Positions 16,108 through 27,009 of a stretch of DNA of 64,000 nucleotides are shown one piece after another; within the stretch, counting starts at the first letter, position 1, and each line of letters opens with the position of its first letter. The notes under the pieces were generated by a model. The model searched no databases. It was not told where the DNA came from and worked only from the letters and a program-made list of their open reading frames with translations. The DNA lies in the NCBI GenBank assembly GCA_964503955.1, contig CAZDCG010000002.1, positions 141,047-205,046 of the forward strand, written 5' to 3'. The translations under genes were made by a program, and so were the position numbers. This DNA is from an uncultured Gammaproteobacteria bacterium (lineage in GTDB: Bacteria; Patescibacteriota; Patescibacteriia; VMEV01; CAYQCH01).

Positions 16108-19080
16108 ATGCCGGTGAAAAAAACAACGTCAAAAAAAACCAAAGCAGCAAAACCGAAAAAATCATCCGCCACAAAGAAGCGGAAGATTTCTGCTGTGAAA
16201 CCGGCGTCAAAGAAAACAACTGCCAAGAAAGCACCGGTCAAAAAGAAGACCAAACCTGCTGCAAAGAAAGCCGCGCTTGCTCGCAAAGAATCGATCAAAC
16301 CGCGCGAGATCAAGCATGCGCATGCGTTTGACGTGCATCAAAAACAGCAAGGCTATCAACGCTCCATTCCCGCTGCCAAACCAGGTGAAGCATTTGAAAT
16401 CGTCAAGAAATTTTCGTTTCCAACCGCGCTTTCCCAGGTTCGCAGCCGCGTTGAACGAGAGCAGCCTTCCGCAACCATGCCGGCCGAGCCATCGCATCGC
16501 ATTGTTGCTCAGCAGATGCCGGAACGGAAACTTTCTCCGTATGTTTTAGATCTCAAACGCGGATTAACCATCATCCAGGCGCACCCGTCTTCGCAAACGG
16601 CAAAGAAACAGCCTCCAAAACTTCAGGAACCGTTTGATCTATTTCGCGAGCAGCCAACCACCTTTGCTCAGAGAATGCGGGCACGGCTCAGTTCGCTGAT
16701 GGCACCGCTGCGCAGGCAAAAGCAAATCAACTTTGTGCCCCTTGACCACAAGTATTTGCCGGGAAGCGCGCTAAAACGGCAGGTGCGTATGTTGAAATGG
16801 AGGGGGACCGGCCTTATTCGTCCGCTTTTTGCTCCATTGCATAAATTGCAGGAAAATAGGCGACAGAAAACGTTGCGATTGCCGTCAAGCTATGGCCAGC
16901 GTTCCATTCAGCCGATCATGAAAACGACACGGTCCGGCCAGCCGATCGCGGTTCGCCATCTTTCAGCAACGCTCGCATCACTGCGCAAAAAACGCGAGCA
17001 GTCCATTATCAACTCCGTTACGGAGCTTTCTTCCGTGATTGCCAAGCCGGCGCGCGCGCCATTATTCAGCCAGCTTTCTTTTGCTAAGGCCGCGGTCCCA
17101 TTCGCCGCATTGGCTATGGTTGTCGCTCTTCCTTTCGGTCTATCATCCATTTCCGAAGCGTTGACCCAGGCGCAGGGTGAAGTATTCGGGGCGACAAATT
17201 CGGCCGTGCGAACCTTGCAGCAGGCGGGGGCAAATGCCCGTTCCATGAATTTTTTGGCGGCAAGCAGCAAATTCTCAGAAGCGGGACAGGCATTCTCCGC
17301 GGCTGGCGCGCTCGTGCAAAATCAGTACGGTAAAACAGCCAAGGTGCTTTCTGTGATGCCGGTGATTGGCAAGAAACTTGATGCCGCGCAGGATTTGCTC
17401 GATGCCGGCAGCCTGCTTTCTTCCGCGGCAAATTTATTATCGCAAGGAGTGGCGTCCTTTACCGATGGCCAGCACTTTTTAAGCGAACAGGCTGCCACCT
17501 ATAAGCTTGAATACCTCTTTGTGCGTCTTCAGGAAGCAAAACCGGCTATCAAACAGGCCGCAGGGTTGCTTGCCGGGATTGATCCGTCTATCTTGCCCGA
17601 TGAAATGCGTCCTGATGTTGAGCGGCTGCAGCAGGCCCTTCCGGAGGTGAATCGCCAGTTTGACCAATTCGAATCTTTGGCGGCTCCTCTCCTTGCATTC
17701 CTTGGGCATGACCGCATGGAGCGGCATTTGATTCTATTCCAGAATAATACGGAATTGCGCGCGACCGGAGGATTCATGGGGTCCCTTGCGCTTGTCGATA
17801 TTGACCGGGGAGAAATTAAAAATATCGAAATCCCTGGAGGCGGGCCATATGATTTTCAAGGATCTCTCTTTGAAAATATCAAAGCGCCGCGCGCCTTGCA
17901 GCTCATCAACCCGCGGCTTGAATTGCAGGACGCAAATTGGTTTTTTGACTGGCCTACAAGCGCGCGAAAAGTAATGTCGCTTTACGAAAAGGCCGGCGGC
18001 CCAAGCGTTGATTCTGTGATTGCCATCAACACCAATGTTTTGGCTGCTTTGCTTGAATTCGTCGGTCCGGTCTATCTTGCTGACTATGAAAAAGAAATCA
18101 CTGCTGAAAACTTCCGTGAGATCCTGCAAACGCATGTTGAATTTGAATACGACAAACAGCTGAATCAGCCAAAAAAGATCATCGCCGATTTAACGCCGGT
18201 TCTGCTTGAGCGTGTCAAAGAACTTGAAACAGAAAAATACCTCGAGCTTGCGGGCGTGCTTTCAAAGCTTCTGGCACAGCGCGATGTTTTGATCTACCAC
18301 ATGGATGAGGAAGTTCAGGCTGCATTTTCTCAGTATGGCTGGGCTGGTGAAGTGGTTGATGCCGATACGGATTACCTGGCCGTGGTTCATACCAATCTTG
18401 CGGGCGGAAAAACCGACGGCGTGATCAACGACCGCTTCAACTTATCTGTCCATGTCTCCGCAAACGGCATGCTCAAGCATACCTTGACCATTGAACGCGA
18501 ACATACCGGCGTGAAGGGAACGCCGCTTGTGGGGGTGCGTAATGTCGATTATCTGCGCGTTTACGTTCCATACGGCAGCCAATTGATCTCAGCGGAAGGT
18601 TTTGAAACTCCACCAGCGGAATTGTTTGAATTGCCCGGCATTGATTGGAAAGAGGATCCCGATTTGGCCGCTTCCGAGCAGGCGTATCAGCCGCATCCGT
18701 CCGGAGCGGAAATCTATACGGAGTCAGGAAAAACGGTCTTTGCCCATTGGCTTCAGGTTGATCCGGGAACAACCGGCCGCGCCGTACTTGTTTATGAAAC
18801 GCCAAAGCTGATCAGTGACATTGAAATTCCACAGAAGGAGGCTTCCTGGACAGACTGGGTTATCGGGACAGAAAGAGAAACACGCCGAATCCGCCCATAT
18901 CAACTGTATTGGCAAAAACAGCCGGGTGCCTGGGATCCGGAATTGAATATTACGCTGAATTTCCCGCAGCAATGGCAGCTGCAAGCGTCAAGCGAATATA
19001 TGGCTCAGCAGGGAACAGGAACCTGGAAAACATCGGCTGTCATGAAAGGAGATGCTTTGTTCAGCTTCCTCTTCTATTGA
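16108..19080 (+). CDS. DUF4012-family large membrane-anchored protein with a Lys/Ala/Pro-rich histone-H1-like N-terminal tail
   Basis: First ~75 aa are KKTTSKKTKAAKPKKSSATKKRK... One TM follows, then LILFQNNTELRATGGFMGSLALVDIDRGEI (DUF4012-like). Confidence 0.6.
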   Translation: MPVKKTTSKKTKAAKPKKSSATKKRKISAVKPASKKTTAKKAPVKKKTKPAAKKAALARKESIKPREIKHAHAFDVHQKQQGYQRSIPAAKPGEAFEIVKKFSFPTALSQVRSRVEREQPSATMPAEPSHRIVAQQMPERKLSPYVLDLKRGLTIIQAHPSSQTAKKQPPKLQEPFDLFREQPTTFAQRMRARLSSLMAPLRRQKQINFVPLDHKYLPGSALKRQVRMLKWRGTGLIRPLFAPLHKLQENRRQKTLRLPSSYGQRSIQPIMKTTRSGQPIAVRHLSATLASLRKKREQSIINSVTELSSVIAKPARAPLFSQLSFAKAAVPFAALAMVVALPFGLSSISEALTQAQGEVFGATNSAVRTLQQAGANARSMNFLAASSKFSEAGQAFSAAGALVQNQYGKTAKVLSVMPVIGKKLDAAQDLLDAGSLLSSAANLLSQGVASFTDGQHFLSEQAATYKLEYLFVRLQEAKPAIKQAAGLLAGIDPSILPDEMRPDVERLQQALPEVNRQFDQFESLAAPLLAFLGHDRMERHLILFQNNTELRATGGFMGSLALVDIDRGEIKNIEIPGGGPYDFQGSLFENIKAPRALQLINPRLELQDANWFFDWPTSARKVMSLYEKAGGPSVDSVIAINTNVLAALLEFVGPVYLADYEKEITAENFREILQTHVEFEYDKQLNQPKKIIADLTPVLLERVKELETEKYLELAGVLSKLLAQRDVLIYHMDEEVQAAFSQYGWAGEVVDADTDYLAVVHTNLAGGKTDGVINDRFNLSVHVSANGMLKHTLTIEREHTGVKGTPLVGVRNVDYLRVYVPYGSQLISAEGFETPPAELFELPGIDWKEDPDLAASEQAYQPHPSGAEIYTESGKTVFAHWLQVDPGTTGRAVLVYETPKLISDIEIPQKEASWTDWVIGTERETRRIRPYQLYWQKQPGAWDPELNITLNFPQQWQLQASSEYMAQQGTGTWKTSAVMKGDALFSFLFY

Positions 19081-19096
19081 TCTTTACTCCGTATCT

Positions 19097-21145
19097 ATGA
19101 GCAAGAAAAAGAAAAAACAAAATCTTCCTGAAGAATCCATTGAAGTGACGAATGAATCAGTTGAGGAGTCTGAAAACGAGCTTGATGCACTGCTTGCTGA
19201 AGAAGAGCCGGAAACGAAAAAAGAGGAGCAGCCTCAGCCTCAAGCAAAACGCAAACCGCGCAAAGGGCTTGGCGAGGAGCTGATCGAAGTCTATGAAGCA
19301 ACCGGAGACGATCTGGGATCAATTACCATGCTTGAGCATAAACGGCGGACCTGGAAACGCATGCTGGTTTGGATTCTCTTGTTTCTTTTGGCTGTTTTTA
19401 TCGGTGTTGCTGCCGTTTCCTGGTTTATCTGGGGCGGAAGGCAGGCCTTTACCGGCGAACAGGTTTTGTTTGAATTGAATGCCCCTGCTGAGCTGGCATC
19501 AGGCTCAAGCGTGGAATTAGCGCTGCATTACGCGAACAGGGAAGATATCAGCTTTCGAAAAGCGGAAGTCGAATTGCGGCTGCCTCCAGGATTCATCTTT
19601 GAATCAGCCGAACCGCAGCCGACGAGCTCGAACAACCTTTGGGATCTCGGAACCGTACCAAGCGGACAGGAAGGAGACATCCTTGTGCGCGGGCGGCTTG
19701 TCGGACGTCCGGAAATGGGCACGACCATTTCAGGATTGTTCCGTTATTGGCCTGCAAATTTCAGCTCGGAATTTGCCGAAATCGCCTCTGCGGAAATCAA
19801 AGTCCTTCCCGTAAAGGCGGAATTCCGCCTGGAGGCTCCTGATCAGGTGCTTGTGGGCCAGAAAACATCGCTTTCCGCTATCCTTGCAAATCCTACCGAA
19901 GAACCAATGCATAATTTGCGCATCGAACCTATTTATCCGGAAAACTTCATTATTGAATCGTCAAATCCGGAGCTTGATGAAAAGGGATTGTGGATCATCC
20001 CTGAGGTAAAGGCAAATGAAGAACGCGAATTTCAGATCGATGGATACTTTTCTTCGGCTGAAATGGGAGAAACAGAATTGATTGTTCTGCTTGCACAGCA
20101 AGGCCGCGACCAGGATTATTTCCAGCAAAAAGAGCAGCGCCAGGAAGTCCGGCTAATTCAAGGAGATCTCTTGGCGCAATTGATTGTCAACGGCGCGAGC
20201 AAGGACAGTACGATCCAATGGGGGGAAACACTCAATGGCAGCATCAATTTCAGGAATAACAGCAAAACAACGTTGGGAGATATTACGGCCGTTGTGACCA
20301 TTGAGTCACGCTATCGTTCCCAGGACGCAGAGAGAGCCAGCGCGGGAGCCGTCGATTTTTCCACGTTGGTTGATGCGGCCCGCGGAAGCGTCAAACAGCT
20401 TGAAGCGGTTGATACCAAGACATTGCATCGGCGCTCCATTACCTGGACAGGAGACGACGTGGCCACGCTTGCATTGCTTGAGCCGGATGAAGAAGGCGAG
20501 CTGAATTTTCAGGTGGCTTTATTAGATGCCCAGCGGGCGATTGACCGGCTTGCTCATCCTGAAGACGTGGAAATTGTGATGCAGGTGCAGATGATTGTCG
20601 CAAAAACAGGCGATATCAAAGAAGAGTTAACCGTTTCGGCCAATCCAATTACATTCAAGCTGAATACGGACCTGGTTTTTGACGCGCATGTCCGTTATTA
20701 CGCGGATAATGGCGAACAGCTTGGTTATGGCCCGCTGCCTCCAAAAGTAGGAGAGGAAACCGTCTATCACGTTGTCTGGCGGCTTGAAAACAGTATTCAT
20801 GAAGTGGAACATATTGTCGCCAGCGTCCAGCTGCCAAGCGGGGTTTCGTGGAAGAATGTCTATGAAGTGAGCGCCGGCGAGGTGAAATTCTCCGCGTCCA
20901 CCAATGAACTGACCTGGACGCTGAACCGCTTGCCGGTCGACGTGCCTAGCGCCACGCTTGAATTCGAGCTTGGACTGCGGCCAACCGCAAGTCAGATCGG
21001 TGAAATTGCAAGCCTTACGAAGAAAATTACCATGACCGCCAAAGACAGCGTCACGGGCGGCAGTATCATTCAAACCGCCTTGCCGCTTACCACCGGCGTT
21101 GATCGCGACAAAGAGGCTTCGGACAAAGGCATTGTCGTGGAATAA
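19097..21145 (+). CDS. Large single-pass membrane or surface protein with repeated beta-rich domains (hypothetical)
   Basis: Acidic N-terminus, TM MLVWILLFLLAVFIGVAAVSWFIWGG, long ectodomain. Start taken at MSKKKKK. Confidence 0.55.
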   Translation: MSKKKKKQNLPEESIEVTNESVEESENELDALLAEEEPETKKEEQPQPQAKRKPRKGLGEELIEVYEATGDDLGSITMLEHKRRTWKRMLVWILLFLLAVFIGVAAVSWFIWGGRQAFTGEQVLFELNAPAELASGSSVELALHYANREDISFRKAEVELRLPPGFIFESAEPQPTSSNNLWDLGTVPSGQEGDILVRGRLVGRPEMGTTISGLFRYWPANFSSEFAEIASAEIKVLPVKAEFRLEAPDQVLVGQKTSLSAILANPTEEPMHNLRIEPIYPENFIIESSNPELDEKGLWIIPEVKANEEREFQIDGYFSSAEMGETELIVLLAQQGRDQDYFQQKEQRQEVRLIQGDLLAQLIVNGASKDSTIQWGETLNGSINFRNNSKTTLGDITAVVTIESRYRSQDAERASAGAVDFSTLVDAARGSVKQLEAVDTKTLHRRSITWTGDDVATLALLEPDEEGELNFQVALLDAQRAIDRLAHPEDVEIVMQVQMIVAKTGDIKEELTVSANPITFKLNTDLVFDAHVRYYADNGEQLGYGPLPPKVGEETVYHVVWRLENSIHEVEHIVASVQLPSGVSWKNVYEVSAGEVKFSASTNELTWTLNRLPVDVPSATLEFELGLRPTASQIGEIASLTKKITMTAKDSVTGGSIIQTALPLTTGVDRDKEASDKGIVVE

Positions 21146-21170
21146 GGCAAAAATGCATACGGCATGAGAG

Positions 21171-21202
21171 GCTCACAGAGAAATATCTGTGAGTCTTTTG
21201 CG
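21171..21202 (+). terminator. Intrinsic terminator
   Basis: gaggctcacaga-gaaatat-ctgtgagtc-tttt. Confidence 0.55.
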
Positions 21203-21284
21203 TAAACCGTCTCCTTTACCGCTGCTCTGGCAAGGGCTGGAAATGCCTTGCCTGCCGGCAGGCAGGTCTGATAACATCTGGTAA

Positions 21285-22415
<1,131 letters not shown>

Positions 22416-22416
22416 T

Positions 22417-23109
22417 ATGGCGCAAAAAGAGATTTGGGAAAATGAGTATAAACAAGCCAAGCTTGTGTCGCTTGATGACAAACCTCAGGCGTTTTTAAGC
22501 CGGTATTTGCGCAAATACCGTTTCAAATCCGGCTTGGAATTTTCGGAATGGACGGTTCTTGATCTTGGCTGCGGAACAGGAAGAAATGCCAATTACCTCG
22601 CGTCTAAAGGAGCGAACGTGACCGGTATTGAGATCTCCTCGGAGGCTTTGCGTTTGGCCAAAGAACGCGCCAAAGAAAAAGGCGTGCAAGTGCGCTATCT
22701 TGAGCAAAGCATTGGCGAGCCATATCCGGTTGAAGACGAAAGCGTGGACGTGATTCTTGATATTACCTCGTCAAACTCGCTGAATGAAGCAGAGCGCGAT
22801 ATTTATCTGAAAGAATGCCATAGGGTCTTAAAACCTGCCGGCGTGCTCTTCGTCCGCGGCCTTTGCCTTGAGGGTGATAAAAACGCCAAGAATCTTTTAA
22901 AGCTCTTTCCTGGCCCCGAGCCGATGACCTATGTCATGCCCAAAACCGGCATTGTTGAGCGGGTATTTACCGAGCATGATCTGCGCAAGCGCTATGGGCA
23001 ATTTTTTTATGTGAAATCGTTTGACAAGGCGGTCACCTATACACCGTTTGAGGGCCAGCCGTATAAACGCTGTTTTTTCTTTGCCTGGCTAACCAAAAAG
23101 GAGCTTTGA
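22417..23109 (+). CDS. Class I SAM-dependent methyltransferase
   Basis: VLDLGCGTGRNANYLASKGANVTGIEIS (motif I). Confidence 0.75.
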   Translation: MAQKEIWENEYKQAKLVSLDDKPQAFLSRYLRKYRFKSGLEFSEWTVLDLGCGTGRNANYLASKGANVTGIEISSEALRLAKERAKEKGVQVRYLEQSIGEPYPVEDESVDVILDITSSNSLNEAERDIYLKECHRVLKPAGVLFVRGLCLEGDKNAKNLLKLFPGPEPMTYVMPKTGIVERVFTEHDLRKRYGQFFYVKSFDKAVTYTPFEGQPYKRCFFFAWLTKKEL

Positions 23110-23120
23110 TGCTATACTGA

Positions 23121-24401
23121 TTGTCTATGGATCAGACAATCCCAATCTTTTCCGTCACGCAATTCAATGAAATGGTCAATTCCGTTTTGACGGAAATGCG
23201 CGTATGGGTGAAGGGGGAAATCAGCGGATATCGCGTCAGCCAGGGCAAATGGGTGACATTCGATCTCAAAGACGAGGGGAGCAAGGTCAATTGTTTCATG
23301 ACCACTTACCAGCTTGACCAGCAGCTTGAAGACGGCATGGAGGTGAAAGTCTTTGGTAATCCCCGCATTTACGTTCCCTACGGCAAATACAGCTTCACCG
23401 TTCAGCGTGTAGAGCCTGTGGGGGAAGGGGCGCTCATGCGTGCCTTTCTCTTGACCAAGGCGAAACTTGAAGAGGAGGGGATTTTTTCGCCCGAGCATAA
23501 AAAGCCGATTCCTCGTTTTCCTGAGACCATCGGAATTGTGACTTCCCAAGAGGCGGCCGCCTATACGGATTTTCTGCGTATTTTAAACAACCGCTGGGGA
23601 GGCGTAAGCGTCACCTTGCGGCCAGTGCTTGTGCAGGGGAATAATGCGCCCGGCGAGATTGTGGAAGCCATTGAGTGGTTCAACAAATACCACCCGGTAG
23701 ACGTTCTTGTGGTAACAAGAGGAGGCGGATCGCTTGAAGACTTGCAGGCCTTTAACAGCGAATCTGTTTGCCGAGCAATTTTTGCTTCAAAGATTCCCGT
23801 TGTCTGCGGAGTAGGGCATGAGCGCGATACGACCCTCGCCGAACTTGCCGCCGACGTGCGTGCTTCAACGCCGTCGAATGCGGCCGAACGCGTGGTTCCT
23901 GACAGACAGGAAATTCTTTGGCAGCTTGAGCAGGCGCAAAAGTCCATGAATGACTGTCTTGTCTCAAAGACAAGCGAGCATCATTGGAATCTGGATCATT
24001 TCCTTTCAAGAATGGAGCATACGCTGCAGATCCGTTTCCGCAATTTCGCGCAGCTTGAGCATGAATTGCATCTGGCCTTTCAAGGCCATCGCCGCAAGCT
24101 TGACTTGCTGGCAGAACGATTGCAGATTGTCCGGGAGAGGCTGGAGCAAAGGATGGGCTCGCTTTTGTCTGGCTATAGACAGCAGCTTAGGCATCATACG
24201 CAGCTTCTAAGCACGCTAAGCCCAAAAGAGGTGGTAAAACGCGGCTATAGCATCACCCGCCTGGCCAATGGCAAAGTTCTGTCTTCGGTGAAGCAGATTC
24301 AGTCTGGCCAGACAATCCAAACTGAACTGGCTGACGGATCCGTCTTCTCTGAGGTACAATCTAAGGGTAAAAAGCCCATTGAGAATGGAAGACTATTTTG
24401 A
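23121..24401 (+). CDS. xseA: Exodeoxyribonuclease VII large subunit
   Basis: OB-fold N-terminus, VWVKGEISGYRVSQGKWVTFDLKD, catalytic core, C-terminal coiled coil. Adjacent xseB. Confidence 0.85.
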   Translation: MSMDQTIPIFSVTQFNEMVNSVLTEMRVWVKGEISGYRVSQGKWVTFDLKDEGSKVNCFMTTYQLDQQLEDGMEVKVFGNPRIYVPYGKYSFTVQRVEPVGEGALMRAFLLTKAKLEEEGIFSPEHKKPIPRFPETIGIVTSQEAAAYTDFLRILNNRWGGVSVTLRPVLVQGNNAPGEIVEAIEWFNKYHPVDVLVVTRGGGSLEDLQAFNSESVCRAIFASKIPVVCGVGHERDTTLAELAADVRASTPSNAAERVVPDRQEILWQLEQAQKSMNDCLVSKTSEHHWNLDHFLSRMEHTLQIRFRNFAQLEHELHLAFQGHRRKLDLLAERLQIVRERLEQRMGSLLSGYRQQLRHHTQLLSTLSPKEVVKRGYSITRLANGKVLSSVKQIQSGQTIQTELADGSVFSEVQSKGKKPIENGRLF

Positions 24402-24470
24402 TTTAGGTTATAGGCTCTCGTTTGCAGGTGAACGTTCGGCCTATAAACGACAACCTACAAACTAAAACCT
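24399..24470. repeat. Cargo-less mini inverted-repeat element of the G(T)TTTAG heptad family (xseA-xseB intergenic)
   Basis: gatttaggttataggc...gcctataaacgacaacctacaaactaaaacct. The 16-mer ctacaaactaaaacct is the exact reverse complement of 63131-63146. Confidence 0.55.
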
Positions 24471-24476
24471 TGTATT

Positions 24477-24692
24477 ATGGCTAAACCTAAATTTCAATTC
24501 GGACAAGCATTCGACCGCCTTGGCAAAATCGTTGAGCGGCTGGAATCCGGCAATGTGGATCTTGATGAAGCATTGAAAGAGTATGAAGAGGGGCTCAAGC
24601 TCGTTCAGCAATGTAAAAAGCAGCTTGCCGAAGTTGAAAATAAAGTGAAGGTTATTCGTGATAAATACATCGGAGAAGACGAAGAAGCATAA
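24477..24692 (+). CDS. xseB: Exodeoxyribonuclease VII small subunit
   Basis: FEQAFDRLGKIVERLESGNVDLDEALKEYEEGLKLVQQCKKQL. Confidence 0.85.
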   Translation: MAKPKFQFGQAFDRLGKIVERLESGNVDLDEALKEYEEGLKLVQQCKKQLAEVENKVKVIRDKYIGEDEEA

Positions 24693-24695
24693 GCT

Positions 24696-25775
24696 ATGTC
24701 GTTCACGCTGATCTCGCTCACCGCCTTTTTTTTCACGTTCGCGGCAACGCATTTTGTCCGCCGATTTGCGATCAGCGCCCAAATCATTGACGATCCGAAG
24801 GGAAATAGCCGGAAAGTACATAAAGAGCCGGTTGCTTTGCTTGGGGGCGTGGCCGTCTATTTGGGATTTGTTGTAACGGTAGCGGTAGCTATTCTTGCCG
24901 GTTTGTTGCCGGCCGGTTCCATTTTGCTCAAACATTTGATCGGCCTTTTGCTTGGCGGAGGATGGCTTGTGATCGGTGGTTTTCTGGATGACCGCGATGT
25001 CTTATCTCCGCGCAAACAAATTATCTGGCCGATTTTAGCCGTTTTGACCGTCATCGTCGCGGGTATTGGCATTGAAAGCTTTACGAACCCTTTTGGTGGG
25101 CAATGGTTTTTAAACTCCGTTCAGATTCCGCTTTTTTCGCTTAACGGAATTCCCTACAAAATTACTTTGCTGGCTGATGTCTTTACCTTCATTTGGCTGA
25201 TGGGGCTGATCTACGCGACCAAGTTTTTTGACGGTCTGGACGGGCTTGTTTCAGGCATTACCATTGTCGGGGGGCTGGTTGTCTACTTCACAAGCCTTTT
25301 GCCTAAAATCAATCAGCCCGAAACAGCCATGGTTGCCATTATCGTTGCCGCCTGCTTTGCGGGCTTTCTCGTTTGGAATTTCAACCCGGCCCGTATTTTT
25401 CTTGGCGAATCCGGCAGCACCTTGGCCGGATTTCTCATCGGTTCATTGGCGATTATTGCCGAAAGCAAAGTTATTACCACCTTTGTGGTATTGGCTCTGC
25501 CTATTCTTGATCTAATCTGGGTGGTTTCACGGCGTCTGTTTTGGGAGAAAACCTCTCCGGTGCTGGCCGACCGCAAACATATTCATCATCGGCTGCTTGA
25601 CGCGGGCTTTAGCCATCGCGGAGCGGTTTTGCTGCTCTACGCGTGGACGGTGGTTTTAGGTATTGCCGCGTGGATTTATCAAATTCATCAGCAGCCGCTT
25701 ATTTTAGCCGGAGCGCTGCTCTCAATCATCGCGTTCGCGGTTTATATAGTAAGGGCCGCCCGCAAACAGGTATGA
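24696..25775 (+). CDS. Polyprenyl-phosphate N-acetylhexosamine-1-phosphate transferase (MraY/WecA family, GT4)
   Basis: Multiple TM helices; KFFDGLDGL; HIHHRL. Confidence 0.8.
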   Translation: MSFTLISLTAFFFTFAATHFVRRFAISAQIIDDPKGNSRKVHKEPVALLGGVAVYLGFVVTVAVAILAGLLPAGSILLKHLIGLLLGGGWLVIGGFLDDRDVLSPRKQIIWPILAVLTVIVAGIGIESFTNPFGGQWFLNSVQIPLFSLNGIPYKITLLADVFTFIWLMGLIYATKFFDGLDGLVSGITIVGGLVVYFTSLLPKINQPETAMVAIIVAACFAGFLVWNFNPARIFLGESGSTLAGFLIGSLAIIAESKVITTFVVLALPILDLIWVVSRRLFWEKTSPVLADRKHIHHRLLDAGFSHRGAVLLLYAWTVVLGIAAWIYQIHQQPLILAGALLSIIAFAVYIVRAARKQV

Positions 25776-26233
25776 AATGGTTTACCATCGGCTTGTTGAT
25801 TGTCTGTCTCATCATCGCGGCTGTTTTTCTCTATCAGCGTCATCTGGCCGCGCAGAGCGAAAAATCTTTGCTTATCAGCGTGGGGGCGAAAGCAGTGTAC
25901 AGAGTGGAGGTCCGCGATACTATTCTTGGCCGCGCGCAGGGATTGTCCGGCAGGCCGGAATTGGCGCAAGACGCTGCCATGCTCTTTATTTTCGATCAGC
26001 CGACCGCGCAGTCATTCTGGATGAAGGATATGCAATTTCCTCTTGATATTCTCTGGATCCGCAATTTCGAGGTGATCGGCTATGAGGAACATATTCCGCA
26101 CCCGGCTGCGAATAATGGTGAAATTGCGAGAATGTATTCTCGTGAACCGGCGGATATGGTTTTAGAGATCAATGCGGGGGAAATCGCGCGGACCGGGATC
26201 AAGATCGGGGATAGGGTGGAATTAACTCGCTAG
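25772..26233 (+). CDS. DUF192 family protein
   Basis: ATGA overlap with the upstream stop. Signal/TM anchor, then FWMKDMQFPLDILWIRNFEVIGYEE...MVLEINAGE. Confidence 0.65.
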   Translation: MKWFTIGLLIVCLIIAAVFLYQRHLAAQSEKSLLISVGAKAVYRVEVRDTILGRAQGLSGRPELAQDAAMLFIFDQPTAQSFWMKDMQFPLDILWIRNFEVIGYEEHIPHPAANNGEIARMYSREPADMVLEINAGEIARTGIKIGDRVELTR

Positions 26234-26254
26234 ACTAAACGAACTGACATAATT

Positions 26255-26296
26255 TGTTAACGTGTTAACGGGTTCACGAGTTAACGTGTTTACGAC
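26255..26296. repeat. GTTAACGN octamer tandem array
   Basis: gttaacgt gttaacgg gttcacga gttaacgt gtttacga. Confidence 0.6.
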
Positions 26297-26392
26297 CTCC
26301 ATGAAGTACGAGAGAGCGAGTTTTAACATAACATGATTTCTGCTATACTTTGTGAAAAGCGCCGTCGTTTTACCGAGGCGCTTTATTTTTTG

Positions 26393-26897
26393 GATCTCAC
26401 CCCCTGGCCCCCTCTCTTCGGAAGAGAGGGGGAGGGAGCATCTTATGGAGGATATGCATAATCCTAAAAAGTTCTACTACCGCCGTTCTGATGCAAAAGG
26501 ACGGTTCTTACCCAATGATGAAAAGTTTAAGTATCAGATCCGCTTATTGAGGCAGAATCAAACGAAAGCAGAATTAATGCTCTGGAAGAGGTTAAGAGGG
26601 AAACAGCTCGGTGGATATAAATTCTATCGCCAATTTCCTGTTAATGGGTATGTCTTAGATTTCTTCTGCCGCGGCAAAGATCTGGGAGTCGAGATCGATG
26701 GCTCAATCCATGATTTAAAGGAAGTACAGCAGAAAGACGAATATCGACAAAAATCTCTGGAAGAACTTGGAATCATGGTCGTGCGATTCAGTGATGCTGA
26801 TGTTTATGAGCGCATTGATGAAGTCCTTCAAAAAATCCTAGAAACGCTAGAAATGCGTTAACCCCTCCCTTTTGAAGGGAGGGGAAGGGGTGAGATC
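26393..26897. mobile_element. MITE-like cassette: roughly 45-bp imperfect terminal inverted repeats (gatctcaccccct...ccctctcttcggaagagaggg // ccctcccttttgaagggaggg...aggggtgagatc) enclosing a DUF559 gene
   Basis: The reverse complement of the right end (gatctcaccccttcccctccc) matches the left end (gatctcaccccctggccccctc). Each arm also has an internal perfect hairpin. Coordinates are good to within about 2 nt. Confidence 0.55.
26445..26861 (+). CDS. DUF559 (Vsr-like PD-(D/E)xK endonuclease-fold) domain protein
   Basis: QTKAELMLWKRLRGKQLGGYKFYRQFPVNGYVLDFFCRGKDLGVEIDGSIH is the DUF559 signature. Confidence 0.75.
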   Translation: MEDMHNPKKFYYRRSDAKGRFLPNDEKFKYQIRLLRQNQTKAELMLWKRLRGKQLGGYKFYRQFPVNGYVLDFFCRGKDLGVEIDGSIHDLKEVQQKDEYRQKSLEELGIMVVRFSDADVYERIDEVLQKILETLEMR

Positions 26898-27009
26898 TTC
26901 TCCGCTTGACATTTCCCTCTCAATCCAGTATTCTAATCACACTTAATCGACCTTGTGCGGGCAGCCAAGCCTTTCTTAAGAAAGCGCCTGCAGAAGTCTT
27001 TTTGTTTCT

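Noticed and set aside
19052-19096. Upstream start of the 697-aa surface protein overlapping the end of the DUF4012 gene
   Set aside because: The downstream ATG (MSKKKKK) gives a sensible N-terminus without a 29-nt overlap, so I preferred 19097. This is low-stakes.
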